A stretch of DNA of 64,000 nucleotides, from assembly GCA_002269645.1 (NCBI GenBank), contig NIVC01000684.1:124001-188000 (forward strand). Reading direction: 5' to 3'. The notes beneath the pieces are model-generated. The model ran no database searches. It saw nothing but the letters and a program-made list of their open reading frames with translations, and was not told where the DNA came from. A program made the translations under genes and the position numbers. Numbering within the stretch: position 1 is the first letter of the stretch; every line of letters begins with the position of its first letter. Source of the DNA: Macrostomum lignano (lineage: Eukaryota). Shown here one piece after another: positions 11,928 to 24,300 of the stretch.

Positions 11928-12847
11928 TTTGATTTTTTCTGCTTAAGAACAATGAAGCAAGACTAAGAGTCCGATAAGTAATATCACTGAAAATTTTTAG
12001 CATAATTTAAACTCGAAAACTATACAAATTGAAATATCGTGGATATAGATATTATATTTAAAACAAACAAAACCAGAAAATTATTATTTCTAAGTGAATG
12101 TTACTGATTCTGTACTCACATAAACTAATTTATTAGTCTTTTACTTTAAAAGTATTTTTATGTATTATATTACTTTCATATCTTAGGACAACAGTTCAAA
12201 ATTGAAATCGATGAGCAAATCAACTATATATATCAATTACAGTGAAAATTTGGGCTATTTTATTTTGCATTCCACGCTTCAGTCTTTTTGAGCTATCACA
12301 TTTAAAAAATCACAGTTTGATTGTTTTTCTGAAGTTTGCTGGAATGTAGAAAACATATTTCAGTGTCAGTGTGTGTTTGCGAACGGGTAGAATCCTAGCA
12401 AAGAAATTACACAGTTAAAGAAGTTTTCACTTGAAGTTCCTTAATATTTTTTGTATTAGCGTGACCCACAAATAAGATATTTTAAATTTTTAAACATTCC
12501 TAAAAAAAATCTATGCGTAACTGCTGCATAGTGCTAAATTATATTTGTATATTGGTATATACGCGCACGCAGAACTATACTGCTGCTTAGTGCTTGCAAA
12601 AGGTTAGATTTATACAAAAAGGAAAAAGAAATATTAATTATCAATCAATAATCCTTACTCGATTAGGTTTTTGATACACACAAAATGATACATCAAATAC
12701 CAGAGCGAGAGCGAGTTTATGTAGGTGTTAATATACTTTCAGTTATATTGAGATATATTATGAAATATTATTGAAATAATATTTGGCTATCGAATAATGT
12801 CATGAATGCATCCATTTTTATAAAAATGTCAAAATGATTTGTGTTTA

Positions 12848-12860
12848 GTATGATGGCAAC
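12848..12860 (+). promoter_or_regulatory. Candidate RFX X-box upstream of the ciliary CCDC42-like gene
   Basis: GTATGATGGCAAC has a perfect right half-site (ATGGCAAC) and a weak left half, ~130 bp upstream of the ATG. Confidence 0.3.
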
Positions 12861-12988
12861 TAAGACTGAGTAACAAAGCTTGGATTTCTGAATTTAAATG
12901 ATTTTAAAGAAGGTAATTCTGGGTGAAATTGTTTGCACTAACTAACAACTAGGTTGAAATTCTCGTTTCAGCAAATTGTTTACTAAGC

Positions 12989-15246
12989 ATGGCGGGCAAT
13001 ATGCAGGATTATTTTAAGTCCAGATTCGAAGACAATCTGCTTGTGTAAGTAAATTCTTTTTTTTAAACGTGAAAAGTTGTTATTAATAATATATCAAAGT
13101 ACAAACAGCAATTCTCTCCTATTGACAGGAAAATGCCGGAACGGGAGGACGATCATCTGACTTCGGCCACCAGGTTGCTTGAGAAGAAACGCGAAATGAT
13201 GGAAGTAGAAACTGCTCTAAGTGTAAGTGAAAAAACTGTTGAGCTTTTCCAATCTACTACTTCCAGTAGAGATTGTAGGAACTTTTCTGTTTTCATTCCA
13301 AGGGTATCAACATATCCACGACCCTGAATTTTTTTAGGAACCCTCTGTCCCCTCTTTATTCGCGCCACTGTATGCTTTTAGATTCCTTCTAAAGAATTTT
13401 AGTCTACTGATTGTAACTAATTACACTGGGGTCTGAAGGCATCGTAGAATCCTCTCCAGATTCTAGGTCTAGTACTTCACAGCGTCATATATGCCTTTCC
13501 AGATTTCTAGGTCTTAATAATCCCCAGTGTCGTTCATTAGATTCCTCTCCAGATTCTAGGTTTAGTACTCCACAGTGCCATAGACTCCTCTCCAGATTCT
13601 AGGTTTAGTACTCCACAGCGCCATAGACTCCGCTCCAGATTCTAGGTTTAGTACTCCACAGTGCCATAGACTACTGTCCAGATTCTAGATGCAGTACTTC
13701 ATAGTAGAAGATAAATTTTCGCATTCAAAAAACAGCAACCCGAACTTATTTCCTAAATTTAAAAACGCAATCGCCCAGGCCCAAAAAGAAGAATTCCAAA
13801 TGAAGATGGAATCGCTGCAGCAACGCCGGGAAGAGCTTGAAAAGAAGGAGCAGCAACTGAAAGAGAGCCTATTGAAATTTGATCGCTTTCTAAAAGAAAC
13901 GGACGCCAAACGAGTTCGAGCGGTTAAGAAGGCCACGGAGGAGCGATCTTATCGGCGTCAGAAAGAGCAGGAGATTGCACAGGTTCAAGAGGACATGTCG
14001 GTCTACTCTGAACTGCTAGACCGGCTCAACAAGCTGGCTGATAAATACTTGGCTTTTCAGCGCTACCTGGAGAGAGTTGTTGAAGTGTCAGATGAGTTCA
14101 CGGAGATTCGCGAAGTTGTTGACAGATTTGAGACGCTTAGCTCTACATATCAGGTTGGTGGGGAGGATGCTGGTTGATGCAGATAGGGGTTGTTACATGT
14201 AGGATGCTCAAAAGATGATGAGGTAGACAAGGTGTAGATTGGAGTAGACCAGGTAGAATGAGATAGATAATGAGTACGGTGAAGTATGGAAAAATTATGA
14301 TAATGTATAGGCAAAGCGATATGAAGTAGACAAAACAGATTTAGGTTACAGCAATAGGCAACAGAGTAGTTTGAGTGCGAGACAGCGGTGAGGTAGACAG
14401 GGTAACAGGTTGGTGTAGAAGAGGTGTTACATTTGGAATTACTGTAGATAGATGGTTGAAATGAGGTAGCTTTTTTAGTTTAGAATGTAGTAGATAATTG
14501 AGAATGAGGTAGACCATTGAGAATGAAGTAGACAATTAATAATGAGGTAGACAATTGAGAATGAGGTAGACAATTGAGAATGGGGTAGACAGTTCAGAAT
14601 GAGGTAGACAATTGAGAATGAAGTAGACAATTCAAAATGAGGTAGACAGTTGGTAGACTGATACTAAGTTTGGAATGAGGCAGAAAATGTGGGAATTACA
14701 AATCTGTGCTCAAACCCTAAACCGATGAAGGACCTGAAGCGCCGAGAGCAGCTCACCCAGGACAGCATCGAAGTGTGTCGGACCCAACAGCAGGCCTACA
14801 AGGAGGCCAAAGCCAACGAAGTGCTCAGCCAGAACAACGCACTCAGCGGCCTCCAAGAACGCCTGGAAGCCGCCACCAGCGCCGCTATGAAACGCGAAGC
14901 CGAATGGACTTTAATAAAACATTCTGTCGCCGATCGAACGATGCAGATTGGCACAGTTCGGGTTGCATCTTACAATCTGTGCCAGCTGGTTAATAAATAT
15001 CAAGGTGGCTTGCACCAGCGGCACCAGCAGATGCAGGAGCTTGATGATCTGGCAACTAAAGCTACAGGCGGCGATATTGGTCAGGTGACTTCGGATCAGT
15101 TGACTCGGGTGCAGCAGTTCGTGATGGATCTGACTGCCGTCACCGAGCGAGTTGTTGCCAACAAACGGTCGGCCACTTCTGCCGCAGCCACCGCTGCCGC
15201 CACCGCCACCGCAGCAGCGGAGACTGAGCGAACTATGGAGCTGTGA
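12989..15246 (+). CDS. CCDC42: CCDC42/CFAP73-family (DUF4200) coiled-coil cilia/flagella protein, 346 aa; exons 12989-13044, 13129-13222, 13779-14153, 14731-15246
   Basis: Spliced product MAGNMQDYFKSRFEDNLLVKMPEREDDHLTSATRLLEKKREMMEVETALSAQKEEFQMKMESLQQRREELEKKEQQLKESLLKFDRFLKE...SYNLCQLV follows the CCDC42/CFAP73 pattern (YF..., LLEKK, L..FD.F..E, NL...V). Introns are GT-AG with consistent phases. The paralog assignment is uncertain. Confidence 0.88.
13430..13700. repeat. ~44-bp imperfect tandem repeat in CCDC42-like intron 2
   Basis: (GACTCCTCTCCAGATTCTAGGTTTAGTACTCCACAGTGCCATA)-like, about 6 copies. Confidence 0.8.
14450..14655. repeat. ~20-bp imperfect repeat (GAGAATGAGGTAGACAATT) in CCDC42-like intron 3
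   Basis: Visible tandem copies; a related motif also occurs at ~15340-15400. Confidence 0.7.
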
Positions 15247-16077
15247 CTGAATGATGTTGCGGTGCAGAATTTCTAATTTTTTTGCTAATTATTTGATTCA
15301 TATGCTTGCTTGTCAAATTCTACCATTCACTGAGGTAAAGAGTGAGGTAGACAAGGGGTGTAGAGAGTGAGGTAGACAAGGGTGTAGAGAGTGGGGTTGA
15401 CATGATGTAGAGCGTGCAGTAGTCAAAGTATAGAGTAAGTGGAAAATTAGTGAACTGGGGTATGCCATATCTAGACAAATTTGAAACAATATTTGTAAAT
15501 CGTATATTAACTTACTTTTTCTGGTCAATATTTTTTCTGAAATCATCCATTTTACATCGCGTTTTTCTCTTTGATCCGCGATTTTTTTACAATTTCATAG
15601 TTTTTATTTTCTCAATTTAAAAAAAGAGATATTTTAGGATTTCTATTAAATTATTCAGATTGTGGATTCAGATTATTCAGATATCAGATTATTCAGATTC
15701 AGATTATTCATATCTGTGAGAAAGATAACTACGAGGTAAATTTTTCAATTTTAATAATTTGCCGATGTTTTTTTATTGCAAGACTATGGGAAAGATTAGG
15801 CATTTTACGAGCTACGGTATAAACTCCATCCTGATAATTTGGGACGTGATCAAGCTCTGTTTTTTTTCAAAAATCAGATCGCTTTATAGTTAGGAAAAGG
15901 TCCCAATCTGGAGTATGATCTGGCAGTATAAATTACCAAATTTTGTTTTTTGTTGTTGAAAAAGTCTAGCGAGTAAAAAATGGGCAAGTAATTAAACCAT
16001 AATAAGGCTTATAATGTACATTGGCTGTTGTGCATAGTGAAATGTACACTAGATGTTTTTCAACCCCTAATGTACGC

Positions 16078-16130
16078 GGGCCGTGGCCCAGTGGTCTAGC
16101 CAGCGGACCAGGATCGATTCCAAGTGCAGT
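16078..16130 (+). mobile_element. Possible degenerate tRNA-derived SINE head
   Basis: A-box-like TGGCCCAGTGG (16084-94) and B-box-like GGATCGATTCC (16111-21). The spacing is too short for an intact tRNA. Confidence 0.3.
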
Positions 16131-16923
16131 CAAATTAATTTGAGGCTAAATTGGAATCTCGGCTTGGCTCTGCTCTGCTCGTGCAATTAACGCCCCCAGC
16201 TTGAGGACCAAGCACCAAGGCACAGTGAAGTGTACATGCCTAAACTCGTAATGTACACAGAACAGGGATTTCCTAAGTCTATTTTTAGCATCGCGAAATG
16301 ATTCTTTTCAATACAAGAATGGTGGACGTTGAGTTAACTCTGTTTTTTAATTGTCAAAAGTTACTTTTTGTCTGTAATTAATTAAATTTATGGTGAGTTT
16401 TTGCTGTTTTTAACCTCTAGTCCTTTCTTCTATCACAGACGTGCAATTAACACAACTTTGAAACGTTTTTTTAAATAAAAGTTTCACTTTTTTGATCATT
16501 TAATCCACAAAGAAGTAAATCTATCAATTTGTCGGTTTTGTCTGAAATATTTAAGTTACAGAAAAAGTTTGCTAATTGAAGCAAAGCCTTCGAGAAAGTT
16601 TATCATTTCCAGTTGATACAGCTAGTGCATGATGAATATCCAAGCATGGAAGCGCAAAGTAAATGCCGTATTGAATCTCACGCTTCGGCCCCCTGGTTCG
16701 AGTCCGTGCGCGGCGCCACATTTATTTGAGGCTCATGTGAGCACGAAAACTGGCCCCGGAGGGTTGTGTCGTTCGATTCACACCTGATGCAGCTCCCTAG
16801 GCACAGAGAGAGTAGAAACAGGGGCGTCACCATGGATTTTCTTGCGCAGACAAGACTTCTACATGATCGCGTGTACATGACTAAATTCCTACATGTACAT
16901 TATTTTTAGAATCAGTGTTGTCA

Positions 16924-17403
16924 GCACTCATTTTAGCGCCGCAGGCACTCATTTTAGCGCCGCAGGCACTCATTTTAGCGCCACAGGCACTCATTTTAGC
17001 GCCGCAGGCACTCATTTTAGCGCCGCAGGCACTCATTTTAGCGCCGCAGGCACTCATTTTAGCGCCGCAGGCACTCATTTTAGCGCCACAGGCACTCATT
17101 TTAGCGCCGCAGGCACTCATTTTAGCGCCACAGGCACTCATTTTAGCGCCACAGGCACTCATTTTAGCGCCGCAGGCACTCATTTTAGCGCCACAGGCAC
17201 TCATTTTAACGCCGCAGGCACTCATTTTAACGCCGCAGGCACTCATTTTAGCGCCGCAGGCACTCATTTTAGCGCCACAGGCACTCATTTTAGCGCCGCA
17301 GGCACTCATTTTAGCGCCGCAGGCACTCATTTTAGCGCCGCAGGCACTCATTTTAGCGCCGCAGGCACTCATTTTAGTGCCACAGGCACTCATTTTGTCG
17401 CCC
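16924..17403. repeat. 21-bp minisatellite (GGCACTCATTTTAGCGCCGCA)n, ~22 copies
   Basis: Directly visible; source of the LILAPQA / KMSACGA ORFs. Confidence 0.96.
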
Positions 17404-17519
17404 TGACGCAAAATTATTGATTTTCATAACGGGTCACAAGGTGGGGTGGGGGGACTAAAGCATTGGAATGTCCCCTCATAGATCGATTCTACTGGGGGGA
17501 GGGGGACATGTCCGGCCTG

Positions 17520-18423
17520 ATTAGACAGTCAGGGCCGCTGCACACCCTGTGTGAGCGTGTGCATGAGTTCCGACTGCCGCATCTCGCACTGCAAAAACAA
17601 CTAACATACACATGTAGGATGTCGAAAAAGATGTCGAAGTCATTCGTCAACATATTTTCGGCGGCTGCACATGCGCGATATCAATTATACTCGTAGATAC
17701 TTTGATCTAGCTCAATTGAGTCCAAATTCGGTATTCTGATTCGAGATCGCACGAAATTTGCTTGCCCTGCATAAACGAAAAGTAGCTTCTAATAGAAGAT
17801 ATTATAGAAGACAAAGAGCTAAAGCAAAAGGAGCCCCGTGCCCCGTCAGAGAGGGTCGGCGGCCGGGGAACTGACGGTTGAATTTTCGTGACAAAAGTTT
17901 CCTGAGCAGCTGTTGTTGCTGCATCAAAGCCCGTGCGACTTGAAGAAGAAGAAAAAGTAGAAGCGGCTACATGTGAGCAGATGGCCTCTTATTTTGATGC
18001 AGGCTCTCGTCCCAGCTCCTAGAGTAATGATAGGGAGCGCAGGGCAAGTGCTGCTCGGTCATTTCAGAGCTCAGAGAGCTGCTTTCAGCTTAATGATGAT
18101 GATGATAATGACAAGCTGCAAATCTGCAGGATGTGCGCAGGTGCTTTAGCTGTAGATATAATCAATTAGACATGCGGCTAGGTACAATGGGAAACCCATT
18201 TTAAATAGGCTGTGTAGGCACGACGAGACAAATTAAGGGAATTCGTCTGTGCAATCGCCGCTCTGCATTAATGCGAGACACACAGAGAGAGACAGCTGCG
18301 ATATGAAGCATAGGAGCAAAGGAAACTCACTTTCCATATCCTGGGTTGCTTCCATACTTTCAATAATATTCCTAGGAAGGTTGTCCTAGGACATGTCCCA
18401 TACAGCGGCCCTGACTTTCTAAT
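17520..18423. mobile_element. Putative DNA-transposon remnant with 21-bp inverted repeats
   Basis: ATTAGACAGTCAGGGCCGCTG (17520-40) is inverted as CAGCGGCCCTGACTTTCTAAT (18403-23) with 1 mismatch. The interior looks like decayed coding sequence. No TSD was found. Confidence 0.4.
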
Positions 18424-19059
18424 TGTTAAGGAATGTACTCTCTCTCTGTGCCTTGGTGCACAAGCCCCCAAATGAATTTGGCCGACACGGAATCAAATCA
18501 TTTTTTATCGACTTTAAAGCGCCTAGAAGTCCCAGTAAGACGGATGTTTTGTTTGTTAAAACCTTCGAATTCAGGCATGCTTTTGCTGTCCAAACTTCAT
18601 CAAATTAAACTTTGATTTATGCCTTCAAAATATCTAGAATATTTATCCAAAGCCTTTTTCTGATCAGAAACCTCACAAGTTTTGTTGCTAATTAGCTCGT
18701 ATACGGCTGTTTTTGTGACTGGCAAAGCAAGAGAAAAAACACGAAAGCACGGATTTTAACCCGATTGGACAACGAATCTTGTGCCCAATGAAGCCCCTGC
18801 AATGCAATTAGATAAATGTATTTATGTATAACTGTGAATTTCCTCTCTCTATATCATCGAGACAGCTGTGTCAAACAAGAAAAACTATTCTAGAAAAAAT
18901 TGAAGCAAGTAAGTACATTCGATCATGGGTAATTTTTTTATGTTTACAAACGATTTTGACCATTTTTGAAGATCTGGGGAAACAAAAAAAGAAAAACTAA
19001 TTGAATATACAGGTAAAACTTTATGATACAGGTGACCGCTAAAAGGCACAGTTGACACC

Positions 19060-21316
19060 ACCTCAAAACACAGGTAACCCTTAAACACAGGTACCCACTT
19101 CAAGACACAGGTAACCACTTCAAGACACAGGTAACCACTACAAGACACAGGTAACCACTTCAAGACACAGCTGTATCCCTTCAAGACACAGCTGTACCAC
19201 TTCAAGACACAGGTAACCACTTCAAGACACAGGTAACCACTTCAAGACACAGGTAACCACTTCAAGACACAGGTTACCACTTCAAGGCACAGGTAACCAC
19301 TTCAAGACACAGGTGTACCCTTCAAGACACAGGTAACCACTTCAAGACACAGGTAACCCCTTCAAGACACAGGTAACCCCTTCAAGACACAGGTAACCCC
19401 TTCAAGACACAGCTGTACCCCTTCAAGACACAGGTAACCCCTTCAAGATACAGCTGTACCCCTTCAAGACACAGGTAACCACTTCAAGACACAGGTAACC
19501 ACTTCAAGACACAGGTAACCCCTTCAAGACACAGGTAACCCCTTCAAGACACAGCTGTACCCCTTCAAGACACAGGTAACCACTTCAAGACACAGGTGTA
19601 CCCTTCAAGACACAGGTAACCACTTCAAGACACAGGTAACCCCGTCAAGACACAGGTGTACCCCTTCAAGACACAGGTAACCCCTTCAAGACACAGGTAA
19701 CCCCTTCAAGACACAGCTGTACCCCTTCAAGACACAGGTAACAACTTCAAGATACAGCTGTACCCCTTCAAGACACAGGTAATCACTTCAAGACACAGGT
19801 AACCACTTCAAGACACAGGTGTACCCCTTCAAGACACAGCTGTACCCCTTCAAGACACAGCTGTACCCCTTCAAGACACAGTAACCCCTTCAAGACACAG
19901 CTGTACCCCTTCAAGAAACAGGTAACCCCTTCAAGATACAGCTGTACCCCTTCAAGACAGAGGTAACCACTTCAAGACACAGGTAACCACCTCAAGACAC
20001 AGGTAACCCCTTCAAGACACAGCTGTACCCCTTCAAGACACAGTAACCACTTCAAGACACAGGTAACCACTTCAAGACACAGGTAACCACTTCAAGACAC
20101 AGGTTACCACCTCAAGACACAGGTAACCACTTCAAGACACAGGTAACCACTTCAAGACACAGGTAACCCCTTCAAGACACAGCTGTACCCCTTCAAGACA
20201 CAGCTGTACCCCTTCAAGACACAGCTGTACCACTTCAAGACACAGCTGTACCCCTTCAAGACACAGGTAACCACACTTCAAGACACAGCTGTACCCCTTC
20301 AAGACACAGCTGTACCCCTTCAAGACACAGGTAACAACTTCAAGACACAGGTAACCCCTTCAAGACACAGGTAACAACTTCAAGACACAGGTAACCCCTT
20401 CAAGACACAGCTGTACCCCTTCAAGACACAGGTAACCCCTTCAAGACACAGCTGTACCCCTTCAAGACACAGGTAACCCCTTCAAGACACAGCTGTACCC
20501 CTTCAAGACACAGGTAACCCCTTCAAGACACAGCTGTACCCCTTCAAGACACAGCTGTACCCCTTCAAGACACAGGTAACCCCTTCAAGACACAGCTGTA
20601 CCCCTTCAAGACACAGCTGTACCCCTTCAAGACACAGGTAACCCCTTCAAGACACAGCTGTACCCCTTCAAGACACAGGTAACCCCTTCAAGACACAGGT
20701 AACCACTTCAAGACACAGGTAACCCCTTCAAGACACAGCTGTACCCCTTCAAGACACAGCTGTACCCCTTCAAGACACAGCTGTACCACTTCAAGACACA
20801 GCTGTACCCCTTCAAGACACAGGTAACCACACTTCAAGACACAGCTGTACCCCTTCAAGACACAGCTGTACCCCTTCAAGACACAGGTAACAACTTCAAG
20901 ACACAGGTAACCCCTTCAAGACACAGGTAACAACTTCAAGACACAGGTAACCCCTTCAAGACACAGCTGTACCCCTTCAAGACACAGGTAACCCCTTCAA
21001 GACACAGCTGTACCCCTTCAAGACACAGGTAACCCCTTCAAGACACAGGTAACCCCTTCAAGACACAGCTGTACCCCTTCAAGACACAGGTAACCCCTTC
21101 AAGACACAGGTAACCCCTTCAAGACACAGCTGTACCCCTTCAAGACACAGGTAACCCCTTCAAGACACAGCTGTACCCCTTCAAGACACAGGTAACCCCT
21201 TCAAGACACAGCTGTACCCCTTCAAGACACAGGTAACCCCTTTAAGACACAGCTGTACCCCTTCAAGACACAGGTAACCCCTTCAAGACACAGCTGTACC
21301 CCTTCAAGACACAGGT
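19060..21316. repeat. ~20-22 bp minisatellite mixing TTCAAGACACAGGTAACC(A/C)C and TTCAAGACACAGCTGTACCCC units, ~100 copies
   Basis: Directly visible; ends ~60 bp before the ATG at 21377. Confidence 0.95.
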
Positions 21317-21376
21317 CAAGCAGCAGCCACAGCAACCCAGCTATTTAAATCGCAGACCGAAGCACCAGAAACCGCC

Positions 21377-24300
21377 ATGGCCGAATCCGACGTGAATCTG
21401 AGCAGCGAACGAGTCCTGCTAGAAGCGCACGCCTACACGGAGGCAAAGCGCCGACATCGTCGACTATTTCAACTGCAATTAGAGGCCGGCGGCCTGCAGT
21501 TGGTGAGCTACGACGATCGGCGCCAAATGATTGCGGGCCACTGGCGTCATCGGCTGTGCGTTGAGCAGCTTGTGTGGCTGCAGGTGAGTAACAATAAGCA
21601 TGCACATGAATCAGTTTGTGTACTTTTAGGCCGGTATTCTAGCTATTTGTCAAGGACGACTCCAGTAGGAGAAGGACGGGAAGCTCAGTAGGCAGAAGGT
21701 TTTATCGAAAAAAATCATCAGACCTAAAATTCGTTTTAAGAATCTTTTTTTTATCCATCTTAGCTTATTGCTGTGTAAACAAAATGGATTTTTAAACTAC
21801 CATAGCTCAAGTCTTTTTATAGATATGGCCAATTATTAGCCTATAAAATTAAAGACTTATTTCACTTTAACGAATGCTTACTACTGAATGTAGGAATTAT
21901 AAAACTATTCCCTTTTTTAATAAAGCTATAAGAAAGGAAGCCATATATCAAAAGACGAACATTTGGTCTGTCTTCTATCAAAAGAAAACCTCCTATCTCT
22001 CTAATGTATTTTTTCGGTCAAACATGCCTCCTAAAAATTTTTCCCAAGAAACCTACTCGTAGTTTCTCGTCCTTCTACTTGCTAAAGTCAAAGTCAAATT
22101 GGGGTTGTAGAAAGCACCGATCGAATTAAGCAAAGATGCGTGCGCTGTGAAGTAAGGTAAACAGTTAGTTGACTTTGAATCAAATTGTGTATAAAACGGC
22201 CCTTCTCAGGACGGAAAATGATTTTATTTGATTATTTCTCCTTTTTTTACCCTCTAGGAGCAGCCAAGCAAGCAGCTGCTGGCTTTGACTTTCCAACGCG
22301 ACTGGATCCTGATGCGATTCGGTTCGGCTAGCGACTTCCATCGCTGGTCGGAACGCTTGAAACCGTTGGCTAGGCCGTTGCTGAACAACCTGATCTACTG
22401 TTCCATGGTCAGCATGCGACGCGGCAGCGGCGAGGCCCGTCAGTTGACTGGCAAACGGCTGGTGCTGAGTCTGACCAGCTGCGAGCTGCATCTGGGACGG
22501 GACTGTGTGAGCAGGCCGGAACTCCGTCTGCTGGTTGTCTGCCTGCGGCGATGTCAGAAGGACGACGATTCAGTTAGGATTCAGTTTGGCACCGGGGAGA
22601 TGGACCTGCAGGTGAGAGGGGAGATGGATCTGCAGGTGAGAGGGGAGATGAAAGTGAGATGGGAGATGGACCTGTAGGTGAGATGGGAGATGGATCTGCA
22701 GGTGAGAGGGGAGATGAACCTGCAGGTGAGAGAGGAGATGGATCTGCAGGTGAGAGAGGAGATGGATCTGCAGGTGAGAGAGGAGATGGATCTGCAGGTG
22801 AGAGAGGAGATGGATCTGCAGGTGAGAGAGGAGATGGATCTGCAGGTGAGAGAGGAGATGGATCTGCAGGTGAGAGGAGATGGATCTGCAGGTGAGAGAG
22901 GAGATGGATCTGCAGGTGAGAGGGGAGATGGATCTGCAGGTGAGAGAGGAGATGGATCTGCAGGTGAGAGAGATGGATCTGCAGGTGAGAGTGGAGATGG
23001 ATCTGCAGGTGAGAGAGGAGATGGATCTGCAGGTGAGAGAGGAGATGGATCTGCAGGTGAGAGAGGAGATGGATCTGCAGGTGAGAGAGGAGATGGATCT
23101 GCAGGTGAGAGGGGAGATGGATCTGCAGGTGAGAGAGGAGATGGATCTGCAGGTGAGAGAGGAGATGGATCTGCAGGTGAGAGAGGAGATGGATCTGCAG
23201 GTGAGAGAGGAGATGGATCTGCAGGTGAGAGGGGAGATGGATCTGCAGGTGAGAGAGATGGATCTGCAGGTGAGAGGGGAGATGGATCTGCAGGTGAGAG
23301 GGGAGATGGATCTGCAGGTGAGAGGGGAGATGGATCTGCAGGTGAGAGGGGAGATGGATCTGCAGGTGAGAGGGGAGATGGATCTGCAGGTGAGAGAGAT
23401 GGATCTGCAGGTGAGAGGGGAGATGGATCTGCAGGTGAGAGAGGAGATGGATCTGCAGGTGAGAGAGGAGATGGATCTGCAGGTGAGAGGGGAGATGGAT
23501 CTGCAGGTGAGAGAGATGGATCTGCAGGTGAGAGGGGAGATGGATCTGCAGGTGAGAGGGGAGATGGATCTGCAGGTGAGAGAGATGGATCTGCAGGTGA
23601 GAGAGATGGATCTGCAGGTGAGAGGGGAGATGGATCTGCAGGTGAGAGAGATGGATCTGCAGGTGAGAGGGGAGATGGATCTGCAGGTGAGAGAGATGGA
23701 TCTGCAGGTGAGAGGGGAGATGGATCTGCAGGTGAGAGAGGAGATGGACCTGTAGGTGAGAGGGGAGACGAAGAAACCAAGACAAGTTAAGAAGATAGAT
23801 AGTAGGACTCAATGAAAGAGAGATGAGAAACGATGGGGACTGCAGAGTAAAAGCATTATCAGTTATGTTTTTGAGCTGATCAATTTTTCCAGTCTAGCTT
23901 GGTTTACTGCGCGGAAATTTTCTCGAGTCGCAGGGCAAAAAGGAAGCAGTTGCTTTCTATATACGGAAGCCAACATCAATGCAAGATTTAATTATCTTTG
24001 TATGCCTTATCTGATATACATTATCGACGCGCGTAGCATCTTTAGCTTTAATAGCAACGAAAGACGTTAGGAAGAGGGAAAAATCAGTAAACTGTGTAGC
24101 CGGCCAGCACTAAAAAGGAAATAAAATGCTAATAAATATGTGAATAGAAAATGTACGTTTGGCAGCTGTGAGTGTGTAAGTAGATAAATTTTGCCATATA
24201 ATCATTGTTATTGCTAAAGCTGACACGAAAGGAGGGAAAGATGGGAAGAGAAAGGAGGGTGAGATGGAAAGACAGTAGGCTGAGACCCGATACTATTAGT

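Noticed and set aside
16664-16718. tRNA-like GGTTCGAGTCC…GCCA
   Set aside because: A B-box and CCA-like end are present, but the T-stem is weak, the span is only ~55 nt, and there is no D or anticodon arm.
16881-17420. Repetitive ORFs on both strands
   Set aside because: Translations of a 21-bp minisatellite.
22574-23812. Long SPADPSPL / HLQIHL / GDGSAGER ORFs as collagen- or mucin-like genes
   Set aside because: All are frames of the intronic 24-bp repeat.
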